From Candidatus Altimarinota bacterium (GTDB taxonomy: Bacteria > Patescibacteriota > Gracilibacteria > CAIRYL01): a DNA stretch of 64,000 nucleotides. Under the pieces are notes generated by a model that saw only the letters and a program-made list of their open reading frames with translations, ran no database searches and had not been told where the DNA came from. Each line of letters starts with the position of its first letter. Position 1 is the first letter of the stretch. The DNA lies in assembly GCA_965250085.1 (NCBI GenBank), contig OZ252287.1:224001-288000 (forward strand), given 5' to 3'. Made by a program: the position numbers and the translations under genes. Positions 47,544-58,600 of the stretch are shown piece after piece.

Positions 47544-50500
47544 ATGAAAAAAGCTGTTTTTCTTTCAATGCTCTTACTCGGCGCCTTTGGGATTTACATC
47601 ATAAATCTTGAGGTAGATTTCTTTAATGCCATGCTCCAGTATCAAACAAAAATTACAGCTTCGCTTTTTGGTGGTGGCGATGAAGCAGCAAATGAAGTTC
47701 CGACAGATGTATATATTCCAGGTGATTTTGTGGCCATTGCAGGAGAAAATGGTGAAGTATCCCTCAGGAGCGCTGGAAATTGGGAAAATGTCCTTGGACT
47801 CTCTTTTTCTATTTCTTGGGATGCGAGCAAGGCAACCTTTACTGATGTGCTTACTCTTGGGACCGTCTTTGAATCAGAAGGGTTTTTTGTTGATAAAAAT
47901 GTAAATCAAAGTGAAGGAACACTCAATGTTGCTCTCGTAAAAGGAAGTAACGGTGTTCAGGTTCAAGAAAACAATGACCTTCTGAGCATTGGGTTTGCTC
48001 TTTCAGCAGATCTTATTGTAAATGATGTTGTTGATATAAGTATTCATACTGCAGAAATTGCCTATGAAGACACGGCAACCCAAACGCTTCTTTCTGAAAA
48101 TATTTCAAGTGAAGGAGGAGCTATCACTGTGCAAAATGTAAGTATTTCTGCTATGCCACTGGCTTTACCACAAGTCACTGCAACCATCAGTAGCAGTGCT
48201 CAGAAAGCAAACAGTGTTGCGCTCAAGGCACCTCAAGCACTCTCTGAAATTGTAGGAATGAGCTTTGTGATGGAATGGAATAAAAATGAAGCAACTTTTT
48301 TGAATGTTTCCCTTGATGGGACAGCCCTGGAAGGATCTAACTTCTTGGTAGAGCACTTTTTGGAAAACCCTGGAGTCTTGAGAGGAGCACTTGCCAGCAG
48401 TGGGAGTGGAGTAAATACTGAAAATAACCAATCACTCATAAATATAGCAGTGGAAATCTCAGATACACTTGCAGTTGGAAGTATTGTAGACTTTCTCTTT
48501 AGAGACGTTGAAGTGATTTTGAGTGATTTGAGTGTGCAAACACTTGAAAACCAATCGGTGTCGCTGACAGTAAGCACCAGAGGCACCTTGCAACTCCTGC
48601 AAACCAGAACTCTTTCTCCTACTTCTCTGGAACTTGAGTTTTCCGATTTTATACGTACTGCAAGTATTGGTGATGTAATTATTTCTCCAAACATTGTGAA
48701 TGCGAGTTCCACTCTTGTAAGAGATAATAAAAAGATAATTCTTGAAAATCTTGATCCCCAGACCTCGCAAAGACTTTATAGAGTCGATGTGTTGCCGACA
48801 CTTCGCAGCAATTCTGAAGGAACTATTGACCCTGAATTTTCCACTGGATTTATGAGTGGCTTCCCAAATGGAAGTTTTGACCCTTGGGACTTTTCTGTAG
48901 AAAGTGCACAAGTACTTTCTGGAGATACTGTCGAGGTTATGTTTTCTGAAAGTATTGCCGATGAAATCACTCCATTGAATGTTGATATGCTTTATGATGC
49001 AGATGGCGTAACTCGCAGATTGACGGTTGTGAACACGAAGACTCAAGGGAGAAAACTTACGCTTCACACTGCACTTCAAGACGAAGGAGAACAATATGTA
49101 TTTTTAGCTCGCAGAAATCAGTTTAAAAATATTTCTGAGACCCCTCTTAATAAGATGAATAATATTGCTTTTTTTGGATTTGAAGAAATGCTCCCACAGA
49201 TCACTTCGCTGACTCCAACAAGTGTCATGAATGATGTGGATACAGACGTAACGATCTCTGGCGTGTATCTCCCTCTCGATATCTCTGAAATTAAAGTAGG
49301 AGGCACTTCAGTAAACATTGTAGGATCTTCAACAAACACGGAGATCATATTTACCCTTCCTGCGCAATTTATAAGTGGCAGCCATGAAGTTCAAATATTT
49401 ACATTACATGGAGATATTATTACTGCATCTCAAAATCTTGTGGTTTCAGATCCTGCTTTGGCAATCCGGGTTCTCTCTAAAGAAAGCTATGCCAGTCCTG
49501 AACAAGTTGAGCCAAATCAAACGACAACACTTTGGACAGTTGTTGAAGATCCACGAGGGGTTTCTGATATCGAAAAGGTTACTGCTGATCTCAGAGAATT
49601 TGAAGGGTCTCCTACTGCAGAATTCACGCCTGACAAAATTGTAAACCTTCAGAGATGGTATTCACTTGATCTTACCATCCCCAGTAGTATCCGAATTAAA
49701 GAAGGTGTTCCCTATATCATTCCCGTTACAGCAGAAAATAAGAGTGGTGAAACTGCAAAAGGAACAGTATCTCTCTTCGTTGTGAGAGATGCTACCGGAA
49801 ACAACCCTCCAGAGATCATCAGTGCAGCATCCAGTAAACCAAATGTTGCTCCTGGATCGGATACCACTTTCCGATTCACTGTACAAGTACGAGACGCAGA
49901 CGGAGCGAATGATATTAGGCGGGTAGTAATAGATGCGACACAAATTGGTCTTCATCCTCTTTCTTTAACTCCTCTCGAAAGTGGTGATGGGGGACCGTTC
50001 CCAACCAAAATCTGTACTGAAAGTGATTATGTTCTTGGTGAATATGGTGAATGTGTGAATGGAGAACAAATTCGAAGTGTTCAGAAAAAGTCTGGTGTCG
50101 ACTGTCGAGACGATGCGATCATCCACGAGGCGCTTGAACGACGATCATGTACTACTGCTTTTCTTGAGAACTTTCAGAATATGCTCTTTTCAAAGGCATA
50201 CGCTCAAACAGTACCTGGAGTGAGTACTCGGTTTTTCCTTAGTGATGAACTTACCCTTCCGGTGGACGTCGTCCAAGGAACATATGACCTTCCCGTAATT
50301 GTTACTGACCGTCAGGGAAGTGAAGTTACTGGCATTCTTTCCTTTGCGGCAGTTCGTACGAGCGGTGGTGGTGGTGGTTCTCCTCGTATAGACGATAAAG
50401 ATATTACCTTCTCTCCGAGTAAAAGTATGAAACGTGACGGAAAAACAGTATATACCATTACTATAAAAGTTACTGATGCTAATGGAGGAGATAATGTAGA

Positions 50501-52112
50501 GAGCGTTGTAGCAGATCTTTCGCCCCTCAAGCTTCCTCCAACACCAATGGGAAAAGTAGCAACCGTGGGAGATACTGTTTTCTTTAGTACAGAGTTTGTC
50601 GTTCCCGAAACAGCATTCATTGGTTTTAATACTATGGAGTTTGTTGCTAGTGATGCACAAGGAAATACCACTTCAGAAAATGTAACCATTGAAGTTGTCA
50701 AAGCGAATGAAGATCCTAACGGTCGTGACCCAGAAGTGTATTCTGAAAGAGGCTATATGACTCCAAAATTTGCGATGAATGATGGACTTACTCGTTTTAG
50801 CACTTTTGTATTTGTACAAGACAGAGATGGATTCGATGACATTTCCCATGTGACATTGGAGCTCGGGAACATCGCTCATTTTTTCGGAAAAACATCATAT
50901 CAGTTTAATCCTTACGAGAATGTTAATGGAGAAGGTGAAGACGATAATCCTCCAAAAGTCTTTTCACTTATTCCTCAAGCAATTGCACAAGAGGAAAGCG
51001 AAAGTATTTCTGAAAAATGTGTCACGACTCCAACTCTTGTATGTATGTTTCCGTCGATAACCGAGGGAGATGCTGGACGATGGTGGTATGTTCCGGATCT
51101 TGTTATCCCTCCTACGACTCCTGTGCCTCCGAGTGGAGAACCATATTTGCTAAGAGTTGTGGCTACTGACCACTCTGGCAGATCTGGAGAAGGTATTGTA
51201 AAAATTGCTGTCACAGAGCCTAGATCATTTGTTTCTACTCAACACGAACCATTTCTTACCTCTGCTGTTGCTACCGATACACGTGAGGTACAAGCACTTT
51301 TTTCCACTCCAATAGAACGAAAAAAAATCGTCAGCAGTGCCTTTAAAATTGTTGGCAAAAACAATGTTCTCGAAGTACTTCCCATACAGGGAGTCAGTAT
51401 GTCTTCTGATGGAAAATCGGTAACCCTCAGGACAAATTTTATGCTTCCAGTGCCCTATACCCTTATTGTTGATACCGAAAAGCTGGGAGTAGAACGCATA
51501 AGCTTCAGTGGAGACAGAATAGATTTTGAAGGATATTCCCGAGAGATTGCAGAGAATGCAGATGAGCCCAGTGCGCTTGTCGCGAAATCGAGAAATGGGA
51601 ATACTGTGGAAATCTCTTTTGACAACCCTCTTCTTCCTTCTGAACTCCATGCTGCAGAATTCAAAGTATATGAAAGAGCCAATACCAATAAGTCCCTAGA
51701 AATAAAAAAAGTCTCTCTGGGATCAAATGGAACACTTGTGACTCTGCTTACTTCAGCTCAAAAAACAGGAATCGAATATACGGTTCATATCCAAAATGTA
51801 AAAAGTGTTTATAAAAAGGTTTTGAAGAGCAAAAAACTCAATTTCATCGGAAGTAAAATGAGTTCGGATCAATTTGTTCGTCTCTGGAATCAAGCAGATC
51901 TTGATCGAAATGGAAAAATTGATTTTTCCGACTTTACCCTCTTTTCAGCTGTATATGGCAGTGAGCAAGAAAACTCTCCTGGAGATCTCAATGGAGATGG
52001 ACTGATCAACTTTTCTGACTTCACAGCTTTTGCCGGACTGTATGGCACTTTGCCTCCCCCACCCCCAGTGTCAGAAAAAACTCAAGAATCTGGCAAAATT
52101 ATTGGAAGCTAG
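47544..52112 (+). CDS. Large scaffold-like surface protein: two cohesin-like domains, Ig-like/IPT modules and a C-terminal dockerin/EF-hand pair
   Basis: VLGLSFSISWDASKATFTDV and IVGMSFVMEWNKNEATFLNV (cohesin-like); PQITSLTPTS...VTISG (IPT); ADLDRNGKIDFSDF...GDLNGDGLINFSDF. Confidence 0.8.
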   Translation: MKKAVFLSMLLLGAFGIYIINLEVDFFNAMLQYQTKITASLFGGGDEAANEVPTDVYIPGDFVAIAGENGEVSLRSAGNWENVLGLSFSISWDASKATFTDVLTLGTVFESEGFFVDKNVNQSEGTLNVALVKGSNGVQVQENNDLLSIGFALSADLIVNDVVDISIHTAEIAYEDTATQTLLSENISSEGGAITVQNVSISAMPLALPQVTATISSSAQKANSVALKAPQALSEIVGMSFVMEWNKNEATFLNVSLDGTALEGSNFLVEHFLENPGVLRGALASSGSGVNTENNQSLINIAVEISDTLAVGSIVDFLFRDVEVILSDLSVQTLENQSVSLTVSTRGTLQLLQTRTLSPTSLELEFSDFIRTASIGDVIISPNIVNASSTLVRDNKKIILENLDPQTSQRLYRVDVLPTLRSNSEGTIDPEFSTGFMSGFPNGSFDPWDFSVESAQVLSGDTVEVMFSESIADEITPLNVDMLYDADGVTRRLTVVNTKTQGRKLTLHTALQDEGEQYVFLARRNQFKNISETPLNKMNNIAFFGFEEMLPQITSLTPTSVMNDVDTDVTISGVYLPLDISEIKVGGTSVNIVGSSTNTEIIFTLPAQFISGSHEVQIFTLHGDIITASQNLVVSDPALAIRVLSKESYASPEQVEPNQTTTLWTVVEDPRGVSDIEKVTADLREFEGSPTAEFTPDKIVNLQRWYSLDLTIPSSIRIKEGVPYIIPVTAENKSGETAKGTVSLFVVRDATGNNPPEIISAASSKPNVAPGSDTTFRFTVQVRDADGANDIRRVVIDATQIGLHPLSLTPLESGDGGPFPTKICTESDYVLGEYGECVNGEQIRSVQKKSGVDCRDDAIIHEALERRSCTTAFLENFQNMLFSKAYAQTVPGVSTRFFLSDELTLPVDVVQGTYDLPVIVTDRQGSEVTGILSFAAVRTSGGGGGSPRIDDKDITFSPSKSMKRDGKTVYTITIKVTDANGGDNVESVVADLSPLKLPPTPMGKVATVGDTVFFSTEFVVPETAFIGFNTMEFVASDAQGNTTSENVTIEVVKANEDPNGRDPEVYSERGYMTPKFAMNDGLTRFSTFVFVQDRDGFDDISHVTLELGNIAHFFGKTSYQFNPYENVNGEGEDDNPPKVFSLIPQAIAQEESESISEKCVTTPTLVCMFPSITEGDAGRWWYVPDLVIPPTTPVPPSGEPYLLRVVATDHSGRSGEGIVKIAVTEPRSFVSTQHEPFLTSAVATDTREVQALFSTPIERKKIVSSAFKIVGKNNVLEVLPIQGVSMSSDGKSVTLRTNFMLPVPYTLIVDTEKLGVERISFSGDRIDFEGYSREIAENADEPSALVAKSRNGNTVEISFDNPLLPSELHAAEFKVYERANTNKSLEIKKVSLGSNGTLVTLLTSAQKTGIEYTVHIQNVKSVYKKVLKSKKLNFIGSKMSSDQFVRLWNQADLDRNGKIDFSDFTLFSAVYGSEQENSPGDLNGDGLINFSDFTAFAGLYGTLPPPPPVSEKTQESGKIIGS

Positions 52113-52170
52113 AAGCGTTGAAGCACAAGGAAAAAAGAGTGTCATCTTTCATTTAAAATTTATAATTTCC

Positions 52171-52767
52171 ATGCTCATGAACAAAAGAAGCATCATCATC
52201 AGCTTTGCAATTGTCACTTTTATTTTTTCCGCTTGCTCATGGCAGACAAAAGAAAAAAAAGAGGTATCTCGTTCATCAGAGAGCTTACTTATTCAAAAAG
52301 TAGAAACAGAACAAACTTTGGAAAAAAATGTGTTTCTGAGTATGAATGTCATGGAAAAAAATGAGAACACGGTCAAAGTGCAGCTTTTCCTAGAAAACCC
52401 ATCAAAGAGAAAACTGGAAAGTGTTCGCTCTTGGATCAGTTTTCCTTCGGACATCTTAGAAGGAACCAAAATTGAATTTCCCACAAATGCTCCCTATACA
52501 CTCACGGCTCCTGGAGAAGAACAGTTTGATAATAAGGATGGACTCGCAAAGATTGGAGTGTCTTTTGATTCAGATTTTGTGCCAGAAGGTATTGTGCCTC
52601 TCGCAACGCTTCATTTTGACAAATTGCAAAATGAATCTGCTGCTCTGAGTTTCTTTGATGCTCGAGATGAAGGACATACTCAGGCACTTATGTTTCACAA
52701 GAGAGGTCTGAGAAATGTATTGGATGAGGGCAAGTTAGAGGTATTGATGGTAGAGACAGAGAAATAA
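52171..52767 (+). CDS. Lipoprotein with a cohesin-like domain
   Basis: Lipobox IFSAC; VKVQLFLENPSKRKLESVRSWISFPSDILEGTKI...DNKDGLAKIGVS...LATLHF. Confidence 0.72.
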   Translation: MLMNKRSIIISFAIVTFIFSACSWQTKEKKEVSRSSESLLIQKVETEQTLEKNVFLSMNVMEKNENTVKVQLFLENPSKRKLESVRSWISFPSDILEGTKIEFPTNAPYTLTAPGEEQFDNKDGLAKIGVSFDSDFVPEGIVPLATLHFDKLQNESAALSFFDARDEGHTQALMFHKRGLRNVLDEGKLEVLMVETEK

Positions 52768-52777
52768 AAACCAATTC

Positions 52778-52868
52778 CGTCATTCTGATTCCGCCGAAGG
52801 TGGATGAAGAATCTCAGAGCAAGCGGCATAAGAGGTCCTGAGTTTTTTTCGTCTGTGGCGAATCAGTA
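52778..52868. repeat. Composite CGTC-tagged REP-like element
   Basis: CGTCATTCTGA[TTCCGCCGAAGGTGGA]TGAAGAATCTC...GAGGTCCTGA...[TTCGTCTGTGGCGAA]TCAGTAT. Confidence 0.65.
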
Positions 52869-52935
52869 TCCCCGAAAGAAAATTGGGGAAGAATATGGAT
52901 AACTCCAATTGTTTTGAGGCTTAAAAAGTGGTACA

Positions 52936-55392
52936 ATGGAGCTAACTTTTCCTTCAATACAAATGCTTAAAAAAATCATGAAACTCCTCGGTACAAAGCG
53001 CAAAAAAGCTTTTGTACTCTGGTTCAAAGAATTGGGAATTAAAGATGTTCCTTTGGTGGGAGGAAAAAATGCTTCCCTTGGTGAAATGTATCAGCGCTTG
53101 ACCGAAAAGGGGGTCAAAATCCCAAATGGATTTGCCATTACTGCATATTCATATCACTACATACTCGAAGAGGCAGAAGTAAAAGATAATTTGAAAGAGA
53201 TCTTAAAAGGACTCGATCCTAAAAATATTCGGCAGCTCCAAAAAGCAGGAAAAGCAGCCCGAAGGCTTATTCGTGAAACTGCATTTCCAGAGGACCTGAC
53301 CGAGGAAATTCTTGCTTCATACAAAGAAATGGAAAAGATGTATGGCAAGAACTGTGATGTTGCCGTGCGTTCATCCGCTACAGCAGAGGATCTTCCAGAT
53401 GCATCATTTGCCGGACAGCAAGAAACCTATCTCAATATTCGAGGAAATAATAATTTATTGAAATCATGTCATGATTGCTTCGCTTCCCTTTTTACCGATC
53501 GCGCTATTGCTTATCGAGAAGAAAAAGGATTCGATCACTTTAGCATCGGACTTTCTATTACTGTTCAAAAAATGGTGAGATCTGATATTGGTACTTCTGG
53601 TGTCATGTTTAGTATCGATACCGAGACAGGATTCCAAAATGCTGTATTTATCACTGCTGCCTATGGTCTTGGTGAAAATGTAGTGCAAGGAGCGGTAAAC
53701 CCTGATGAGTTTTATGTGTTTAAACCTACACTCGATCAAAAAGGATGCGTGCCAATTCTTAGTCGAAAAATTGGAGAAAAACAAATTAAAATGATCTATC
53801 AAAAATCAAAAAAAGGAGGTTCTCCTGTAAAGAACATACCTGTTCCAAAAAATCAAAGAGAGATGTTTTGCATTTCTGATACAGATGTCATTGTCCTCGC
53901 AAAATGGGCCAAGATTATTGAAGATCACTATTCGAAAGAAGCAAAATATTTCAAACCTATGGATATGGAATGGGCAAAAGATGGAAAAACAGGTGAGCTC
54001 TTTATTGTACAAGCACGTCCAGAGACGGTGCATTCTCAAAAAGACGGCTCAGTTTTGGAGGAGTACAAGCTACAAGAAAAAGGAAAGATTTTGGCAACAG
54101 GAGCGCCTGTTGGTGCAAAAGTAGCCAGCGGAAAGGCCAGTGTGATCTTGCGCCCCAGTCAAATTCTTAAGTTTAAAAAAGGAGATGTGCTCATTACTGA
54201 TATGACTGACCCCGACTGGGTGCCAATTATGAAAATTGCCTCTGCCATTGTCACTAATCGCGGAGGGCGCACTTGTCATGCTGCCATCGTCTCCCGTGAA
54301 TTGGGGATTCCGTGTGTCGTGGGGACCAATAATGCGACCAAGGTGATAAAAAATGGAAAGTCGGTAACTGTTGCATGTGAAGGCAATGGAGGACATGTGT
54401 ACGAGGGGCTTCTCAAATATAACGTTAAAAGAACAAGTCTCAAAAATCTTCAAAAGCCAAAAACAAAAATTATGATGAATATTGGAAATCCTGAAATTGC
54501 TTTTGAAAGTTCGTTTCTCCCAAATGATGGAGTGGGACTCGCGAGACTGGAATTTATTATCAATTCTCATATTCAAATTCACCCTCTGGCACTTCTAAAC
54601 TATAAAAAACTGACCAACAAAAAACTCAAAGCGCAGATCGAAAAACTCACTCATGGATACAAAGATAAAACAGAATTTTTTATCGATCGCCTAGCGGAAG
54701 GAGTAGCAACCATTGCTGCGGCCTTTTACCCCAACGACGTTATCGTTCGCATGAGTGATTTTAAGAGTAATGAATACGCAAATCTGATTGGAGGAGAACT
54801 GTACGAACCTGAAGAAGAAAACCCTATGCTCGGGTGGAGAGGTGCCAGTAGATATTATGATCCAAAATATTCTGATGCTTTTGCTTTGGAGTGCAAAGCG
54901 TTAAAAAAAGTGCGAAACAAAATGGGACTTACAAACGTAAAAGTGATGATTCCTTTCTGTCGCACAGTTGAAGAAGGCAAAAAAGTAATGACTCAGCTGA
55001 GAAAAAACGGTCTTAAACAAGGGGATAACAATCTTGAAATATACGTAATGTGTGAGATTCCTAGTAATGTGATTTTGGCTGATCAGTTTGCAGAAATTTT
55101 TGATGGATTTTCCATTGGATCAAACGACCTCACTCAGCTGGCTTTGGGAGTCGACCGTGATTCATCCTTAGTAAGCCATGTCTACAACGAGCGAAATGAT
55201 GCGGTTAAAGCCCTGATTCGCCAAGTGATCAAAGTGGCAAAACGAAAGAAAAAGAAAATCGGGATTTGTGGTCAAGCGCCAAGTGATTATCCAGAATTTG
55301 CCCGATTCCTTGCTGACGCTGGTATAGATAGTATGTCACTCAATCCTGACACTATCGTCAAAACAATTATTGATCTGACAAAAAAGAAATAG
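52936..55392 (+). CDS. ppsA: Phosphoenolpyruvate synthase
   Basis: VGGKNASLGEM, VAVRSSATAEDLPDASFAGQQET, IVQARPETV, GGRTCHAAIVSRE, EENPMLGWRGASRY, FSIGSNDLTQ; the true start may be ATG 52963 or 52978. Confidence 0.97.
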   Translation: MELTFPSIQMLKKIMKLLGTKRKKAFVLWFKELGIKDVPLVGGKNASLGEMYQRLTEKGVKIPNGFAITAYSYHYILEEAEVKDNLKEILKGLDPKNIRQLQKAGKAARRLIRETAFPEDLTEEILASYKEMEKMYGKNCDVAVRSSATAEDLPDASFAGQQETYLNIRGNNNLLKSCHDCFASLFTDRAIAYREEKGFDHFSIGLSITVQKMVRSDIGTSGVMFSIDTETGFQNAVFITAAYGLGENVVQGAVNPDEFYVFKPTLDQKGCVPILSRKIGEKQIKMIYQKSKKGGSPVKNIPVPKNQREMFCISDTDVIVLAKWAKIIEDHYSKEAKYFKPMDMEWAKDGKTGELFIVQARPETVHSQKDGSVLEEYKLQEKGKILATGAPVGAKVASGKASVILRPSQILKFKKGDVLITDMTDPDWVPIMKIASAIVTNRGGRTCHAAIVSRELGIPCVVGTNNATKVIKNGKSVTVACEGNGGHVYEGLLKYNVKRTSLKNLQKPKTKIMMNIGNPEIAFESSFLPNDGVGLARLEFIINSHIQIHPLALLNYKKLTNKKLKAQIEKLTHGYKDKTEFFIDRLAEGVATIAAAFYPNDVIVRMSDFKSNEYANLIGGELYEPEEENPMLGWRGASRYYDPKYSDAFALECKALKKVRNKMGLTNVKVMIPFCRTVEEGKKVMTQLRKNGLKQGDNNLEIYVMCEIPSNVILADQFAEIFDGFSIGSNDLTQLALGVDRDSSLVSHVYNERNDAVKALIRQVIKVAKRKKKKIGICGQAPSDYPEFARFLADAGIDSMSLNPDTIVKTIIDLTKKK

Positions 55393-55549
55393 TGACACAT
55401 GTGCAAAACGTAGTGCATTTTCCTTGTCGCTGTACACATTGCTGTTTCACGATCTGTGGCAGTCATGTATCTGGCAAGTGACGTGTAGTTACTTCGAGGG
55501 AGATGGCTCTCTTATCTGCAGAGTCAGTGGGCAGTTATTTCGCTTATCC

Positions 55550-55578
55550 TTGCTTTTTTTTCCTGTTTTTGATACAAT
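55550..55578 (+). promoter_or_regulatory. Sigma70-type promoter of the giant adhesin gene
   Basis: TTGCTT-17 nt-TACAAT. Confidence 0.6.
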
Positions 55579-55643
55579 TACCGGATGGCATAATATTCTC
55601 ATAATGATTGCAGGATGCTTTCTCACTAATTCGTTCAGAAAAT

Positions 55644-58600
55644 ATGAATATCAAAAACAAATACTCTCGCTTATTTTCCCGGACAATTGCTTTGATAGCA
55701 GCATTTTCTATAATACAGGGAGAGATTGTGGCGATTCCCCTGGCGTATGCTCAGGAGGAACAGATAATAGAGGAACAGGAAACTAGAGAAGAACTGCAGG
55801 ATACTCAGGATTTTGAGGAGGAAGAGGAGGAAGATGAAGAAGTATCAGAGGATGAGACTACAGAGGGTTCTGAAGAAACTAGTGTAGAAGAAAAAGAGGG
55901 TGAAAATGAAGATACAGTTGAAGAAGGAGAAATAGAAATAGAAGAGGAGGCAGAAGTTGGCGGTGAGGAGGAAGATCAGAGTGAACAGGGAAATGAATCA
56001 GAATCAGAAAATAAAGAAGTGTCAGAAGAAAATACTGAGGACACAGTGAACGACGAGGAAGATGAGAGTGAAAAAAAGGAGAATGGAGATGATGAAATTT
56101 TAGAGGATAAGACTATAGGAGATTCTGAAGAGGAAGAGGTTGGCGATGAAAAGGACGGTGAGGATGAGAGTGAGAAAAATGATCAGAGTGCAAATGATGA
56201 AGATGAGAGTGAGGAGAATGGTGAGGAAGAGGAAGAAGAGACAGATGCTGTGTCGGAAGGAAATGATCAGAGTGCAAATGATGAAGATGAGAGTGAAGAG
56301 AATGGTGAGGAAGAGGATGGAGATGATAAAGTGTCAGAAAAAACCAGTGAAGAGGAAGTCGAATCAGATGAAGAGACACAAGAAGACTTTCTTGGTATAG
56401 AAGGACTTTCCGGAGAATTGAGAATATTAGATGAGAATAAGTTTGCTTTTGTACTGACCGAGCGGGATGTACCTGAACATCGTGAAGGACAAGCGATCAA
56501 TCAAACTGAAGTGCTTGAAACCTTGACCAAGGCACTCACCACCAGTGAGGAAGTGCTGGCTGAAAAAGAAGCTGATGAGGATAAAAATTTTATTACCAAA
56601 ACCTTCACCTCTGATGTATCTGATCTCTCAGAAGTAGTTACCGATGATCCAGAAGAAATTATCGAAGAAGTGGTGGCTGAGATCGTAGAAGAAAATCAAG
56701 AATTTACCAATTTCTTTAGTGTGCAGATCACGCCAAAAGCTGGCGGGGAGACTATCACTCTTGACCCAGCAGAAGAGTATTCTTTTGTCTCTGGTTCGGT
56801 GGTGTTGGTGCTCGAGCCCAATCTAGTGCTGGACCCAGGCACCTACATCATCACGGTGGAGGTGGTGAACCCGATTACTGGAGAAACCGAAATCATTACC
56901 CAAGATCTCAATTGGGGTGTCTTGGCGATGAATACTAATCAAGATACGTACTTGGCGAACGACACTGCTACTATTGATTTTGGGATGATAGATGAGACGG
57001 GGGCTGTTGTGTGTGATGGAGCATTGGATCTGGATATAACTAAGCCAGATGGAAGCACCACTACACTTTCTACCGCTAGCGGCGATATCGTCGTGTCGGA
57101 AACTTGCGGAGAATTGACGAATGATATTCCGGCGGACTACACGACCACCTACGCTTTCACCCAAGAAGGCACCTACACTCTCGCTCTCGACGCAGTAAAT
57201 GCAAATGGTGCGTATTCCGATGTTACTTTTGGCAGGCTGGAAAAAACGGTTGTGGTGGGGGCAGCCTCTTTTGATGCGGTGATTTCAAGAAATATGAACA
57301 CCCGTCTTTTCCCAGGCAAAGATGCTGATGTGTCTATTACCCTTGATTTTTCCACCGATTTTGCTGGTGGGATCTATGATGTGGCACCGCTGGAGTTTGA
57401 GTTAAAAAATATTGGGCAGGGTGGAGTAGAAGACATTTCAGAATCGGGTGAACACAAAGTGATCGTCTGGAATGTAACGGCGAGTGCCGGAGAAAGCATT
57501 ACCCTGAGCTACACCTACAACGCACCAGATGTGTCTCCGTACTTTTACACCGTGGGTCCACTGCAGAGTGCTGATGGGAGTATCGTGGAAGCGCAGGTGT
57601 GGCAGATTGCCAATGACGCGCTACCAGCTCCGGGAGCGGTGGACACTAATCTTGAACTATGGCTTAAGGCAGATGCGGGAGTAGAAGAAGCTGCCAGTGA
57701 CCCAGCAGAAGATGCCGATGCGGTACTTAACTGGTTAGACCAATCAGGAAACAACAATGATGTTACGCAAGCTACCACAGCAAATAAACCTGCGTATGCT
57801 GCTTCTACTATTAATTTCAACCCGGGCGTGGATTTTGATGGAGTAAACGATATCCTGAAAGGGAGCAGTGCCCTCTTGGCAAACACGCCCGGTTTTGATG
57901 TGTACATGGTTACGCAAACAGACGCTACTCAAACTCAAAACTATGGAAGAGCCTTCTACGCAGGGGGGACAGTAAGTAATGGCCGTATTAATCTTATCCT
58001 TGGAGTCAATAATGCCAACCCTCGAATTATGAGAACTCTGGGACATCAAGGGGCAACAAATATCATTAATGTTGAAAATGTAAGCGCTGTTGGCATCCCA
58101 ACACTCTATGAAGGACGTCTCGATGATGCCAACAACGATCGCCTTTTGATAGTCAATGGAACAGAACATGATAATGATGCCTTTACCACTAATACGAACA
58201 ATGGCACAGATAACTTTATGTCTCTCGGAGCTGAAATAGGAGAACCGACCTTTAGTTATGAAGGAATGATTACCGAGATAATCGTATACAACCAGGACAA
58301 CGCCACTGCCGCAGATCGACAAAAGATCCAATCCTACCTCGCCCTTAAATACGGTATTACCCTAGACCAAGGTACGGCCCAAGACTATCTCGCTAGTGAT
58401 GGCACGGACAAAATCTGGGATAAAGACGCCACAGGAGCCAGCACTTATGACAATGACATAGTGGGAGTAGGTCGTGATGATGATAGTGCCTTGGGGCAGG
58501 TCCAATCAAAATCTGTCAACGACGATGCCATCGTCGAGGTCTTGGCAGAAAGCGAAGGTACCAACGCGGCCAACAGCTTTGTCGATATTGCAGATTTAGA

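Noticed and set aside
52030-52170. N-terminal extension of the cohesin lipoprotein
   Set aside because: It overlaps the end of the upstream gene; the signal peptide and lipobox fit a start at 52171 or 52177.
55395-55545. Possible riboswitch upstream of the giant adhesin
   Set aside because: Only short weak stems, no recognisable aptamer motif, and it lies upstream of the predicted promoter.
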